Positions 28,444 through 37,059 of a DNA stretch of 64,000 nucleotides are shown here, piece after piece. The stretch comes from Candidatus Eiseniibacteriota bacterium (GTDB lineage: Bacteria; Eisenbacteria; RBG-16-71-46; JABDJR01). Position 1 is the first letter of the stretch. The number at the start of each line of letters is the position of its first letter. Under the pieces are notes generated by a model. It ran no database searches, had not been told where the DNA came from, and was given only the letters and a program-made list of their open reading frames with translations. The DNA lies in contig CAWANH010000029.1 in assembly GCA_963783375.1 (NCBI GenBank), positions 704,001 through 768,000 on the forward strand. Reading direction: 5' to 3'. The position numbers were made by a program, and so were the translations under genes.

Positions 28444-28797
28444 TCAGTCGGTGAGGAGGTAGAGGATGCGCCCGCAGTTCTCGCACACCTTGACCAGCTG
28501 GGCGGCGGTGATTTCCGAGAAGAAGCTCGGGGGCACGGACTGGAAGCACCCGAGACAGGTGCGGTTCTCCACCGGCACCACCGCTCGGCCGTACTTGGTC
28601 ACCAGCCGTTCGTAGATTCGGAGGTAGCGCTTGTCGATCCGGGTCACCAGCTTGGCCCGGGCGGCGTGGAGCGGCTCCAGATTGTCCATGGAGAATCCCA
28701 TGCTCTCGAGCTCCGCGCGTCGCTTGTCATCCTGGGTTTCCCGGATCAGGGAGTCGAGGTCCTGCAGGCTCACCAGGAGATGGAGCTGTTCATGCAC
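28444..28797 (-). CDS. Short C4-type zinc-ribbon protein (CT398/HP0958-like, shortened coiled coil)
   Basis: L..LQDLD N-terminus, YERL...AVVPV...CLGC...CENCGRILY C-terminus; only 117 aa. Confidence 0.8.
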   Translation of the reverse strand: MHEQLHLLVSLQDLDSLIRETQDDKRRAELESMGFSMDNLEPLHAARAKLVTRIDKRYLRIYERLVTKYGRAVVPVENRTCLGCFQSVPPSFFSEITAAQLVKVCENCGRILYLLTD

Positions 28798-29260
28798 CTT
28801 CGTCGGCCTCCTCGAGTATTTCCGCCACCTCGTCGAAGTCCACCGCGGAGAGAAGCCGTCGGCGGGTCTTGGCGCTCTTGACCATCTCCACGATCTTTCC
28901 CAGCACCGGAAGATAGAGGTTGCTGCGTTCCTGGGGAGGAGCCACGGTCAGGAACACCAGGTGAACCGGCTTCCCGTCCATGGCGTCGAACTCGATCCCC
29001 TCCTCGGAACGCCCGAATACCACCGCCAACCGGGTGATGGCCAGGGTGCGACCGTGGGGGACCGCCACCCCACGTCCGATGCCGGTGGACCCGAGGTGCT
29101 CGCGCTGCCGGAGCATCTCCAGGAGGATATCCCCTTCCTTGATGCGCCCGGCCTTCACCAGACCTTCCACCAACTCCTTCAGGACCCCTTCCTTGTCCTT
29201 GGCCTTGAGCGTGGGAAGAAACAGGTCCTCTTCGAAGAACTCACTCAAACGGATGGTCAC
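28790..29260 (-). CDS. PTS system IIA domain protein (PtsN/fructose-type)
   Basis: RE.LGSTGIG.GVAVPH (phospho-His) and G.EFDA.DGKPV.L.FL motifs; GTG start with GAGG RBS. Confidence 0.88.
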   Translation of the reverse strand: MTIRLSEFFEEDLFLPTLKAKDKEGVLKELVEGLVKAGRIKEGDILLEMLRQREHLGSTGIGRGVAVPHGRTLAITRLAVVFGRSEEGIEFDAMDGKPVHLVFLTVAPPQERSNLYLPVLGKIVEMVKSAKTRRRLLSAVDFDEVAEILEEADEGA

Positions 29261-29352
29261 AATTGCGTTCCTCACGATGGATAGGTGATCGAGGCGACGA
29301 GCGGCCGGGATCGCGGGCGGAGATGGTGTGGCGGAATCGGCATGACCCGGAA

Positions 29353-29381
29353 ATAGTAGACCCGCCACGGGGGTGCGTCAA
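29353..29381 (-). promoter_or_regulatory. Sigma70-type promoter of the PTS-IIA operon
   Basis: Minus strand TTGACG-N17-TACTAT. Confidence 0.6.
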
Positions 29382-29420
29382 TTCGCCCCCTCGGCCGCAG
29401 CGCGGGGCCTCCCGGTTCTC

Positions 29421-30650
29421 TCACCGCAGGCGTTCCAGGGTCCGGGCCGCCAGTTCCCGCTGGCTCCGAGCGGCGGCCTTGGGATCGTGGTGGCGCACCA
29501 CCCATTTCCGGCCCCGCTCCCCGAGTTCCCGACGAAGCGCGGGATCCCCCAGGGCCCGAACCACCAGGCCCGCCAGCTCCGCCGGATCCTCGGCGGCGAG
29601 GACTTCCTCTCCCGCTCCCGGTCCCAGGCCCAGCACGCCGATCGGGGTGCCCACCACCGCCCGGGCCAGGGCAAGGCTCTCCAGAAGCCGGATGCGAAGC
29701 CCCCCCCCGTATCGGAGCGGCACCAGCACCACCGCAGCGGTGAGGAGCACCGAGCGTACGTCGGCCACCTCTCCCAGAACCTCCGCTCCCCGCTCCCGGG
29801 CGCGTCGGGCCGCCCCGGGGGGAAGCCCCCCACCGGCCACCGCCAGTCGCGCCGACGGACGGCGTCTCTGAATCTCCGGCCACACTTCGGATAGGGTGAA
29901 GTCGAGGGCGTCCCGGTTGAAGTCGGCGGCGAAGGAGCCGAAGAGGAGTACCCGCTCGGGCTGCTCGGGAGGATCGCCGGGACCCGCCGGGGCCAGTTCT
30001 CCATCGAGATCCAGACCGTAGGGAACGATTCCGGTCAGCCCGGGCTTGACCCCCTCCACGGTCAGGGCCTCGTTCCGGTCCGCTTCGGTCAGGAACCAGG
30101 TGAAGGGCGCACCGGCCAGGGCGGCCTTCTCGCGGGTCTCCTCCAGGTCGGCCCACTGCGCACCGCGCGATCCATCCTGGGTGAACGCCGCGGCCCGCCG
30201 GCGGGCCGCGTACTCGATGTCGTGGGCGAAGAGGACGCGGGGCAGGTGGGGAACCCGGGCCAGGTACGGGGCCGAATACCAGTACTCCACCACCACCAGG
30301 TCGGGATGGAAGCGGTCCGCCTCGCGGGCGAAGGCATCGAGAAGCGGCGGAAGGCAGGTGTAGGACTCCACCGGAGGCATGCCGCGCCGTGTCGCCGCCC
30401 GGGTCCGGAAGCGATAGAGGGCCCGATGAAGGGTCGAAGCGCGATTGGGAGCCAGGGGGGCGGCCACTTCGAGGCCGGGCACGCGGTCGGTGAGCGAACG
30501 GACCGCCGCCGTCTCCGAGGCGGCCAGCCTCCGGGCGAAGAGCCGCACCGTGTGCTCCCGGGTCAGGTTCTCGAGAAGTTGCAGGGTCACCCGGCGGGTG
30601 CCCTGGATCGGAGGGTAGGGAAGGATCGGTTTCATCCAGAGAATTCGCAT
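29421..30650 (-). CDS. Glycosyltransferase family 4
   Basis: MRILW...PYPP..G, HDIEY, N.DAL and VPLRYGGGLR..LLESLA...VVGT..G motifs. Confidence 0.85.
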   Translation of the reverse strand: MRILWMKPILPYPPIQGTRRVTLQLLENLTREHTVRLFARRLAASETAAVRSLTDRVPGLEVAAPLAPNRASTLHRALYRFRTRAATRRGMPPVESYTCLPPLLDAFAREADRFHPDLVVVEYWYSAPYLARVPHLPRVLFAHDIEYAARRRAAAFTQDGSRGAQWADLEETREKAALAGAPFTWFLTEADRNEALTVEGVKPGLTGIVPYGLDLDGELAPAGPGDPPEQPERVLLFGSFAADFNRDALDFTLSEVWPEIQRRRPSARLAVAGGGLPPGAARRARERGAEVLGEVADVRSVLLTAAVVLVPLRYGGGLRIRLLESLALARAVVGTPIGVLGLGPGAGEEVLAAEDPAELAGLVVRALGDPALRRELGERGRKWVVRHHDPKAAARSQRELAARTLERLR

Positions 30651-31729
30651 CAGGCCACCGCCTCTCCGGCCACAACGTTTTCGTAGACCCGGGTGGTGGC
30701 CCGAAGGGCGCGCTCGAGGGTGAACGCCTCCTCGTAGCGCCTCCGAGCCGAGGCTCCCCACCGTTCCGGGAGCGCCCGGTCCGCCTCCGCCTCCCGGAGC
30801 GCCTCGGACCAGGCGGCCACGTCGTTCAACGGAAGCCGCCGGCCGGTCCGCTCATCCACCACCTCGTCCATCCCCGGAAGGTCGCTCACCATCGCCCCCC
30901 GGCCGGCCGCGAAACCTTCCAGCACGGCAAGCGGCATACCCTCCAGGCGCGAAGGGAGCGCCACCAGGTGTATCCCGGCGAGGAAGGCGTAGGGATCGGC
31001 CACCGGTCCGAGGAACTCCACCCGATCCCGCTGACCCAGGCGCTCGACCAACCGCTCCAGGGCGGGGCGCAGCGGACCTTCTCCCCCCACCTCGAGCCGG
31101 AGCGGGACATCGGGGAGCGCGGCCAGGGCCTGCACCAGCACGTCCACCTGCTTTCGCGGTTCCAGGGTGCCGAGAAACCCGATGCGGAGCGGACCCTCGG
31201 ATCGCGGCCACGCGCGGGCCCCGCCGGGATCGGGCACCCCGTTGGGAATCACCGCGATCCGCTCCCGGGGAAACCCCTCGGTGGTGAGCGTTTCCCGGCT
31301 GGACTCGCTCACCACGATGGTCGCCGCCGTTCCCCCCGCCGTCCAGAGCTTCATGAGCCGGCGTCGGCGGGAGCGCGGAATGCGGGTCAGGTGTTCGGTG
31401 GACACCACCGGCCGGCCGGTGGCCGCGTGGAGCAGGAACGGCAGCAGGCCGGCCCCACCGTCGTAGGTCGAGGGGAGGTTCAGGTGGATGAGATCGGGGC
31501 GGGCGGCGCGGGCGGCGCCGATCATCCGTGCCGTCCCGACTCCTCCCGAAGCATAGGGATGGACCGGCACGCCGGCCTCGGCCAGCCGGCGCCGAAACGG
31601 GGCGAGTTCCCGCCGCTCCGGAATCGCGACCTCCGCCGTCCAGCCGGCAAGCCCGCTCGCCAACCGCTCCAGGTACACTTCGGCGCCTCCGTACCCGTGC
31701 GCTTCGGAGACCAGGAGGACCCGCCTCAT
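30650..31729 (-). CDS. Glycosyltransferase family 4
   Basis: GGAE.Y, TEH, VIPNGV, G.LEPRK and LPSRLEGMPLAVLE motifs. Confidence 0.88.
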   Translation of the reverse strand: MRRVLLVSEAHGYGGAEVYLERLASGLAGWTAEVAIPERRELAPFRRRLAEAGVPVHPYASGGVGTARMIGAARAARPDLIHLNLPSTYDGGAGLLPFLLHAATGRPVVSTEHLTRIPRSRRRRLMKLWTAGGTAATIVVSESSRETLTTEGFPRERIAVIPNGVPDPGGARAWPRSEGPLRIGFLGTLEPRKQVDVLVQALAALPDVPLRLEVGGEGPLRPALERLVERLGQRDRVEFLGPVADPYAFLAGIHLVALPSRLEGMPLAVLEGFAAGRGAMVSDLPGMDEVVDERTGRRLPLNDVAAWSEALREAEADRALPERWGASARRRYEEAFTLERALRATTRVYENVVAGEAVA

Positions 31730-33273
31730 CGCGAGCCGCGCCCCCGAAGCAACCGGAAACCCCGAATCTCGACCCCTCCGTGGCTCCAGGACTCGATCGG
31801 GGTCCCGTCCTCGGCCAGCCAGGCCGGAACTTTCCCCTCCGGATCGTCGTACCAGAGCCTCGCCCCCACCCACCACACCCTGTGATGGTCGTCGAGCAAA
31901 CGGCCCAACCGCGCCCGCCCGCCGTCGGGTTCCCGGAAGAAGACCGGGTAATAGGCCTCCAGGCGGCCGGGGCCGTGATAGTACCGGTCCAGCACTCCCA
32001 CGACCCCCTGTTCGAGCACCAGGTCGTCGGGGCCGGCCCGCCCGGCCAGCCAGGCCGCCGCGCCGCGGTAGTCCTCCCGCCCATAGCGATCGTCGAAGGT
32101 CTGGTTCGTCCATCCCACCGCCATGGGAATCAGGAGCGCGGTCAGCGCCGCCGCTCCCCACCACCAGCGGCGCGTTCCGATCCGGCGAATTCCCTCGGCC
32201 AGCACGAGCAGGAAAACCGGCTGGGATACCGCCAGGTAGCGGGGGTTGTAGGCCTTGAGTCCCAGGATGGCCACCGCGGCGACGGCCAGGGCGGGAAGGA
32301 ACGCCCACCAGAAGAGGAGCCTCATTCGCGAATCGCCGAGGCCTCGGGCGGCGGCGAGCACCGCGGCCACCGACCCCGAGGCCCCCAGAAGGAGCCAGGG
32401 AAGGTGAGGCAGAAAGAGTGACCAGCGAAGCCCATTGTGGAGGGCTCGAAGCGGCGGTCCCAGGCCGAAGCCTCCGAGAAAGGTGGCGTAGGTGAAGGGT
32501 AGGGCCCCGGGATGGAAGGTCAGGGCGCCGCGAATGCCTCCGCCGCCCGCTCCCGACACATCCGCCCAGTCCAGGTGGCCGGTGAGCTCGACCAGGATCC
32601 AGGGGGCGGCGACGGCCAACGCGGCCGCCGCCGCGGCCAGCCAAGGGAGGATCCGGTCACGACGGTCGAAGAGGAGATAGAGCCCTACCGCGGGCAGGAG
32701 GACCCCCCCGCTCAGATTGCAGAGCAGGAGCGCGGCCAGGCTCGCGCCGTGGGCGATCCAGGCCCGGACGGTGGATCGATCGAGCGCCCGCGTCAGGGTC
32801 CAGAGCACCGCCGCCGAGGCGGCGATGAGGAACACGTAGTTCCGAACCTCCTGGGAGTACCAGATATGGAAGGGGGAGAGGGCGAATAGCCAGGTCCCGA
32901 TGGTCGCGGCGCGGGGAAGGATGGACCGAAAGGCCAAAGCCACCAGGGCCAGGCCGATCACGCCGGCAATCGCCGACCACAGGCGAAGCGAGAGGTCCCC
33001 ACTCCCCCCGACCGCGGTCCAGAGTCGAAGCAGGACGTGAGGCAGCGGGCCTTGAGGGTCGATGAGCACGTCCCGGAAGCGAAAGACTTCCCCCACCGAC
33101 GCGGCGTGCAGGGTCGCGAGCTCGTCCACCCAGAGCGATTGCCGGGTCAGGCCGATCAGGCGGAGCAGGCTTCCCACCGCGATGGGCAACCAGAAGGAAA
33201 GCAGGCGGGAGGTCGGGCCGGGCTGCGGTTCGGGAGCCGGAACGCGGGGCCTGCCGGGGCGAAAGTGGATCAG
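31726..33273 (-). CDS. GT-C fold glycosyltransferase (ArnT/PMT family)
   Basis: LRL..L..QSLWVDE, LRL.S, SPFHIWYSQEVR.Y, RYL and REDYR.AA motifs; start uncertain (CTG at 33273 overlaps the upstream stop). Confidence 0.75.
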   Translation of the reverse strand: MIHFRPGRPRVPAPEPQPGPTSRLLSFWLPIAVGSLLRLIGLTRQSLWVDELATLHAASVGEVFRFRDVLIDPQGPLPHVLLRLWTAVGGSGDLSLRLWSAIAGVIGLALVALAFRSILPRAATIGTWLFALSPFHIWYSQEVRNYVFLIAASAAVLWTLTRALDRSTVRAWIAHGASLAALLLCNLSGGVLLPAVGLYLLFDRRDRILPWLAAAAAALAVAAPWILVELTGHLDWADVSGAGGGGIRGALTFHPGALPFTYATFLGGFGLGPPLRALHNGLRWSLFLPHLPWLLLGASGSVAAVLAAARGLGDSRMRLLFWWAFLPALAVAAVAILGLKAYNPRYLAVSQPVFLLVLAEGIRRIGTRRWWWGAAALTALLIPMAVGWTNQTFDDRYGREDYRGAAAWLAGRAGPDDLVLEQGVVGVLDRYYHGPGRLEAYYPVFFREPDGGRARLGRLLDDHHRVWWVGARLWYDDPEGKVPAWLAEDGTPIESWSHGGVEIRGFRLLRGRGSR

Positions 33274-34043
33274 TAGGCGCCGTCTCGGGAGACGACGGCG
33301 GGCAGGGTGCGGAGCAGGATCTTCTGATCCAGAAGAAAGGACTGGTGCTGGATGTATTGGATGTCCAACCGCATCCACTCGTTGAACCCGAGCTTGCTCC
33401 GACCTGAAATCTGCCACAGGCACGTAATCCCCGGTTTTACGTCGAGCCGCCGCCTCTGCCAGGGTTCGTACTTCTCGACCTCTTCGGGGATGGGGGGCCT
33501 GGGCCCCACCAGCGACATGTCCCCCCGCAGCACATTGAGAAGTTGAGGCAGCTCGTCGATCGACGTGCGCCGCAGGAACCGACCGACCCGGGTCACACGA
33601 GGATCGTTGGCGATCTTGAACACGGGGCCCTCGGCCTCGTTCAGATGCTGGATGAAGTTCCGGGACTCGTGGGCCCCGTCCACCATGCTCCTGAACTTGA
33701 AGAATACGAAAGGCCGCCCCCCCCTGCCCAACCGAATGGACCGATACAGGATCGGCCCCGGAGAGGTGAGCTTGATGGCCAGCGCCACGAATGGCAAGAA
33801 GGGAACGAAGAGGAGGAGGGCCACCACGGAGCCGACGAAGTCCATGCCACGCTTCCCATAGCGCTTGTAGAACGTGTCCTCGGCGGCGAGAGAGGCGGTG
33901 CTCATGGCGACGGCGGGGGGCACATCCACCTTCACCCGGGCGGCGCTACGGGGACGGGATCCCTTCAGGGTCGTCGCCGCTTCCCCACCCTTGGAGGTCT
34001 GCAGAAACCCACTTTGAGCGTCTCTCTGGGCAGTTTTGTACAT
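33270..34043 (-). CDS. Priming undecaprenyl-phosphate sugar phosphotransferase (Bac_transf; WcaJ/WbaP C-terminal type)
   Basis: KR..D, SPGP..Y, KFRSM, DPRVT.VG.FLR.TSIDELPQL.NVLRGDMSLVGPRP and KPGIT..WQ.SGR motifs; start may be ATG 33905. Confidence 0.92.
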   Translation of the reverse strand: MYKTAQRDAQSGFLQTSKGGEAATTLKGSRPRSAARVKVDVPPAVAMSTASLAAEDTFYKRYGKRGMDFVGSVVALLLFVPFLPFVALAIKLTSPGPILYRSIRLGRGGRPFVFFKFRSMVDGAHESRNFIQHLNEAEGPVFKIANDPRVTRVGRFLRRTSIDELPQLLNVLRGDMSLVGPRPPIPEEVEKYEPWQRRRLDVKPGITCLWQISGRSKLGFNEWMRLDIQYIQHQSFLLDQKILLRTLPAVVSRDGAY

Positions 34044-34491
34044 GGGATGCCTGCTCAAGATGGACTCAGGGCCGGATCGGCGGAAAGACGCGCGTCGATG
34101 TGGAGAGAGGTGGTATCAGGCAGCACTCGTGACGATTGCTCCATCCTCGAGGTCGACCGGGTTCTCGACTCCCGGCCCTCGAGATGTTTCGATCAACCCC
34201 CGGACTCCCGGCTTACCGCTCTATCTTCCCGTCCCCGCCGGGCTCGGACGGACGCCATTTGCGGAAGCGCGAACCGCTCCCGCGTCCGATCGTCCGTTCT
34301 CCGCCCCGGCACCCCGGCCTGAATCGTGTTGCGAGACCTTGTTCCGGATTGGACATATGCTGGGGGATCCCCAGCGAGTCAGAAAGGTAGCCAGTGGAGT
34401 CCTGCGGTCACCTCCCACGTTCGGCGTGAGCTACCCCCTTCGCCGCTTGGGAGGCGGCGGCAGGGGTAGATTGCAATCGTTCAACGCAAGC

Positions 34492-34521
34492 ATTATATCA
34501 AGGTGATCCCCGGACGGTCAA
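34492..34521 (-). promoter_or_regulatory. Strong sigma70-type promoter (extended -10)
   Basis: Minus strand TTGACC-N18-TATAAT with TG at -15/-14 and an AT-rich upstream tract. Confidence 0.7.
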
Positions 34522-34560
34522 CGAGTTTTAAGAAGATGTTAACCCCCAACTTATCCCGCT

Positions 34561-37059
34561 TCAGGGAGATCCCTCGATTTCGGTTCCGGGCCCGAAAACA
34601 TTCACCGTGCCGAGACGCTCCCCCTGCCAGCGATCCTCCTCGCTCCATATGTCCCGCAACGAAATACGGGTGAACATGGCGCGGGGGCGGACACGCACCG
34701 AAACGTCGTAACGACCCGCGGGAAACGCCTCCGGGAGGCTCACCCATTGGGTGTCGGCCAGCCCCTTGCCCGGGGTCCAGAAGCCGGCGGGCCACGCCCC
34801 CTGGAAGGGAGCCAGGGGAAACCGGAGCCTCGCCGGCGCCGGGTGACGTCCGGGCAGGAACCGGGTCAGGAGCCTCCCCAGCTTGATCCCGGGCCGCTCC
34901 CCCGCCGGGATGAACCGGAGATGGGCCTCCACCGGCCACCCGGTGGGATCTCCGCCCCGACTCCAGCCCAGCACGACCGGCGCCCGGCTTCCCGCCTCGA
35001 TCCGGGAGGGAAGGTCCAGGGAATTGAGAACCACCCCTTCCGCCGTCCCATCGGCCGTGGGTACCGGCCACCCTTCCGGTGCCGGGCGCTTCGGGCGCAA
35101 GAGCGCCCGGAGCCCCGGTCCGTTGAGGCCGGCGCCCCCCACCTCGAAGAGGACCCATCCCGGCACCCGGCCGGCCACATGCAAGCCCTCGGGACAGGAC
35201 GTGAACTTCGCCACCCGCAGGCTGTCCAGGTCCCCTCCCCGGGCCGCTCCGAAGTCCACGGTGAGCGGGAGCCCGTGCGGTTCGGGAAGAAGCACGTAGG
35301 CCGCGTGATGGCGCTCCAGGAGGGATAGAGTCGGCCCGCGGGGAACCCAGGGAGAGAGAATGGCTCCGAGGTCGTTCAGGCGGTCGAGGCCCCGGGAATC
35401 GAGGGGATGCCCGTGCTGGTGGAGCACGGTGATCGGGGCATGGCCGGTCTCGGCCGCGATCAGCGAGGATACCCAGGGATCGGCGGCCACCGCGGCCTCG
35501 CCCGGGATCGCCCGCACCATGTCCAGGGCCGCATCCACCCCGGCCGGCCGCCAACCCGCGACCGAGGCGGGCGTGAATCGTGACAGGGCCCCGGGAAGGG
35601 CGAGAAGGAGGAGGGCGGCGACCGCCACCCGAAGGGGCAGGGCCTTCCCGCGCCATGGCATTGACAAAAACGCGGCGATCACCCAGAAAAACGGCATGCT
35701 ATAAAGCAGCTTCACCGGAAGCGAACTCAGATAGCCGGCGGCCAGATCGAAGAGCCCGGGGAGGAGCGCGGGGGCGAGAGCGGCGACGGCCGCCGCCACG
35801 ACGTACCGTCGTCCCCACCGGTCCCCCAGGAACCGCCGGACTCCAGGCAGCAGGATCAGGGAGAGAACTCCGGCCGGGCCAAGGATCCGAAGCGCGGCCG
35901 GTGGGTAGATGATGCTCCCCACCCCACCCAGGGTGAGTACCGGCATGCTCTGGATGTGGAGGGGGTTGACCGGGCCCCTCGACTCCAGGAACCGCCATGC
36001 CAGGACCGGGGCGGCCACCGCCACGCCGGCGGCCAGCGCCCCCAGGATCCTCCCCTCCCCCCCCCAGGAATCCCGCCGGGCGGCAAAGAGAAGCAGGACG
36101 GCGGGCAGGTACACGAAAACGGGGGCCAGGGGGTGGACCGCGGCGGCGGCGGCGATGAGGAGCGCGAAGAGGAGGACGTCCGAGACCTCGAAGCTCCGGA
36201 CCAGCCCGAGGAGAACCCAGGTGGCGGCCCAGGCCACCACGAGACCGGCGTGGGCGCCGTAGCCCAACCGCACCGCCCACGCTCCCCCGTAGCCGCCGGT
36301 GTAGATGAGGGCCAGGACCGCGGCCAGGAGCCCCCCTCGGTGGTCCAGGCCGAGACGGAGACCCATGATGTAGATCAGGGCGAGCCAGGGTCCGATCAGG
36401 ATCGCGGGAGCCGCCGTCCACACCGAGCGGGCGGGAACCGCGGCCAGGGCCGCGGCCAGGGCCAGCCCGACGTGGAAGACTCCCTTCCGGGGATCCGTTC
36501 GATCCAGTTCCCCGGCGGGCGTGAGGGAGTGGCCCGGAAACACCTCTCCCGAGGTGAGAATCTCGTTCACCGTGGCCTCGTGATCGGGACCGTCGGTGGT
36601 GGGGCCCACCGGGGCGCCCGCGCGCGCGGCCAGGAGCACCGCGGAGGCGAGCAGGAACCCGAGCAGCCATCCCGCGGTCCGCGGGGGATGCTCCCCCGGC
36701 TCCCGGCGCCAGGCCCGGACCAGCGCGATCAGGATCACCACGAAGGTGCCGAAGAGGTAGGCGGCGCCGAGGGGGAGGGCCGGCCAGTGAAGGGCCCAGC
36801 CCAGGGCGGAGGCGCCCAGGACGGGAAGCAGTGACAGCGGGAACGCGAGCGCAACCAGGGCCGGCCACCCGGCCCGGGGAAGTCCCGGCCAGAGAAGGGC
36901 CAGGGCCGACCCCGGCGCCAGGAACACCGCGGCCAGCGCCGCCCATGCCTTCACCTCCGGCGGGAGCGGCACGGATCGGGACAGCGCCAGCAGAAGGAGG
37001 GTGAAGACGACGAGAAGCCCCAGGGGTAGGCGTTCGCGGGGCGAGGAAACCGCGGTCAC
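34561..37059 (-). CDS. Large polytopic membrane protein of the polysaccharide locus (possible GT-C/polymerase/ligase)
   Basis: About 14 TM helices, D..DH loop motif and a soluble C-terminal beta domain; GTG start overlaps the upstream stop (GTGA). Confidence 0.55.
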   Translation of the reverse strand: MTAVSSPRERLPLGLLVVFTLLLLALSRSVPLPPEVKAWAALAAVFLAPGSALALLWPGLPRAGWPALVALAFPLSLLPVLGASALGWALHWPALPLGAAYLFGTFVVILIALVRAWRREPGEHPPRTAGWLLGFLLASAVLLAARAGAPVGPTTDGPDHEATVNEILTSGEVFPGHSLTPAGELDRTDPRKGVFHVGLALAAALAAVPARSVWTAAPAILIGPWLALIYIMGLRLGLDHRGGLLAAVLALIYTGGYGGAWAVRLGYGAHAGLVVAWAATWVLLGLVRSFEVSDVLLFALLIAAAAAVHPLAPVFVYLPAVLLLFAARRDSWGGEGRILGALAAGVAVAAPVLAWRFLESRGPVNPLHIQSMPVLTLGGVGSIIYPPAALRILGPAGVLSLILLPGVRRFLGDRWGRRYVVAAAVAALAPALLPGLFDLAAGYLSSLPVKLLYSMPFFWVIAAFLSMPWRGKALPLRVAVAALLLLALPGALSRFTPASVAGWRPAGVDAALDMVRAIPGEAAVAADPWVSSLIAAETGHAPITVLHQHGHPLDSRGLDRLNDLGAILSPWVPRGPTLSLLERHHAAYVLLPEPHGLPLTVDFGAARGGDLDSLRVAKFTSCPEGLHVAGRVPGWVLFEVGGAGLNGPGLRALLRPKRPAPEGWPVPTADGTAEGVVLNSLDLPSRIEAGSRAPVVLGWSRGGDPTGWPVEAHLRFIPAGERPGIKLGRLLTRFLPGRHPAPARLRFPLAPFQGAWPAGFWTPGKGLADTQWVSLPEAFPAGRYDVSVRVRPRAMFTRISLRDIWSEEDRWQGERLGTVNVFGPGTEIEGSP

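Noticed and set aside
34213-34356. 47-aa uORF (MSNPEQGLATRF...) in the sugar-transferase leader
   Set aside because: No RBS, atypical codon usage and no recognisable motif.
35661-35705. TTGACA and TGCTATAAA on the + strand inside the large membrane-protein gene (antisense promoter)
   Set aside because: The boxes are 33 bp apart, which is incompatible with a single sigma70 promoter. Only a weak extended -10 remains possible.
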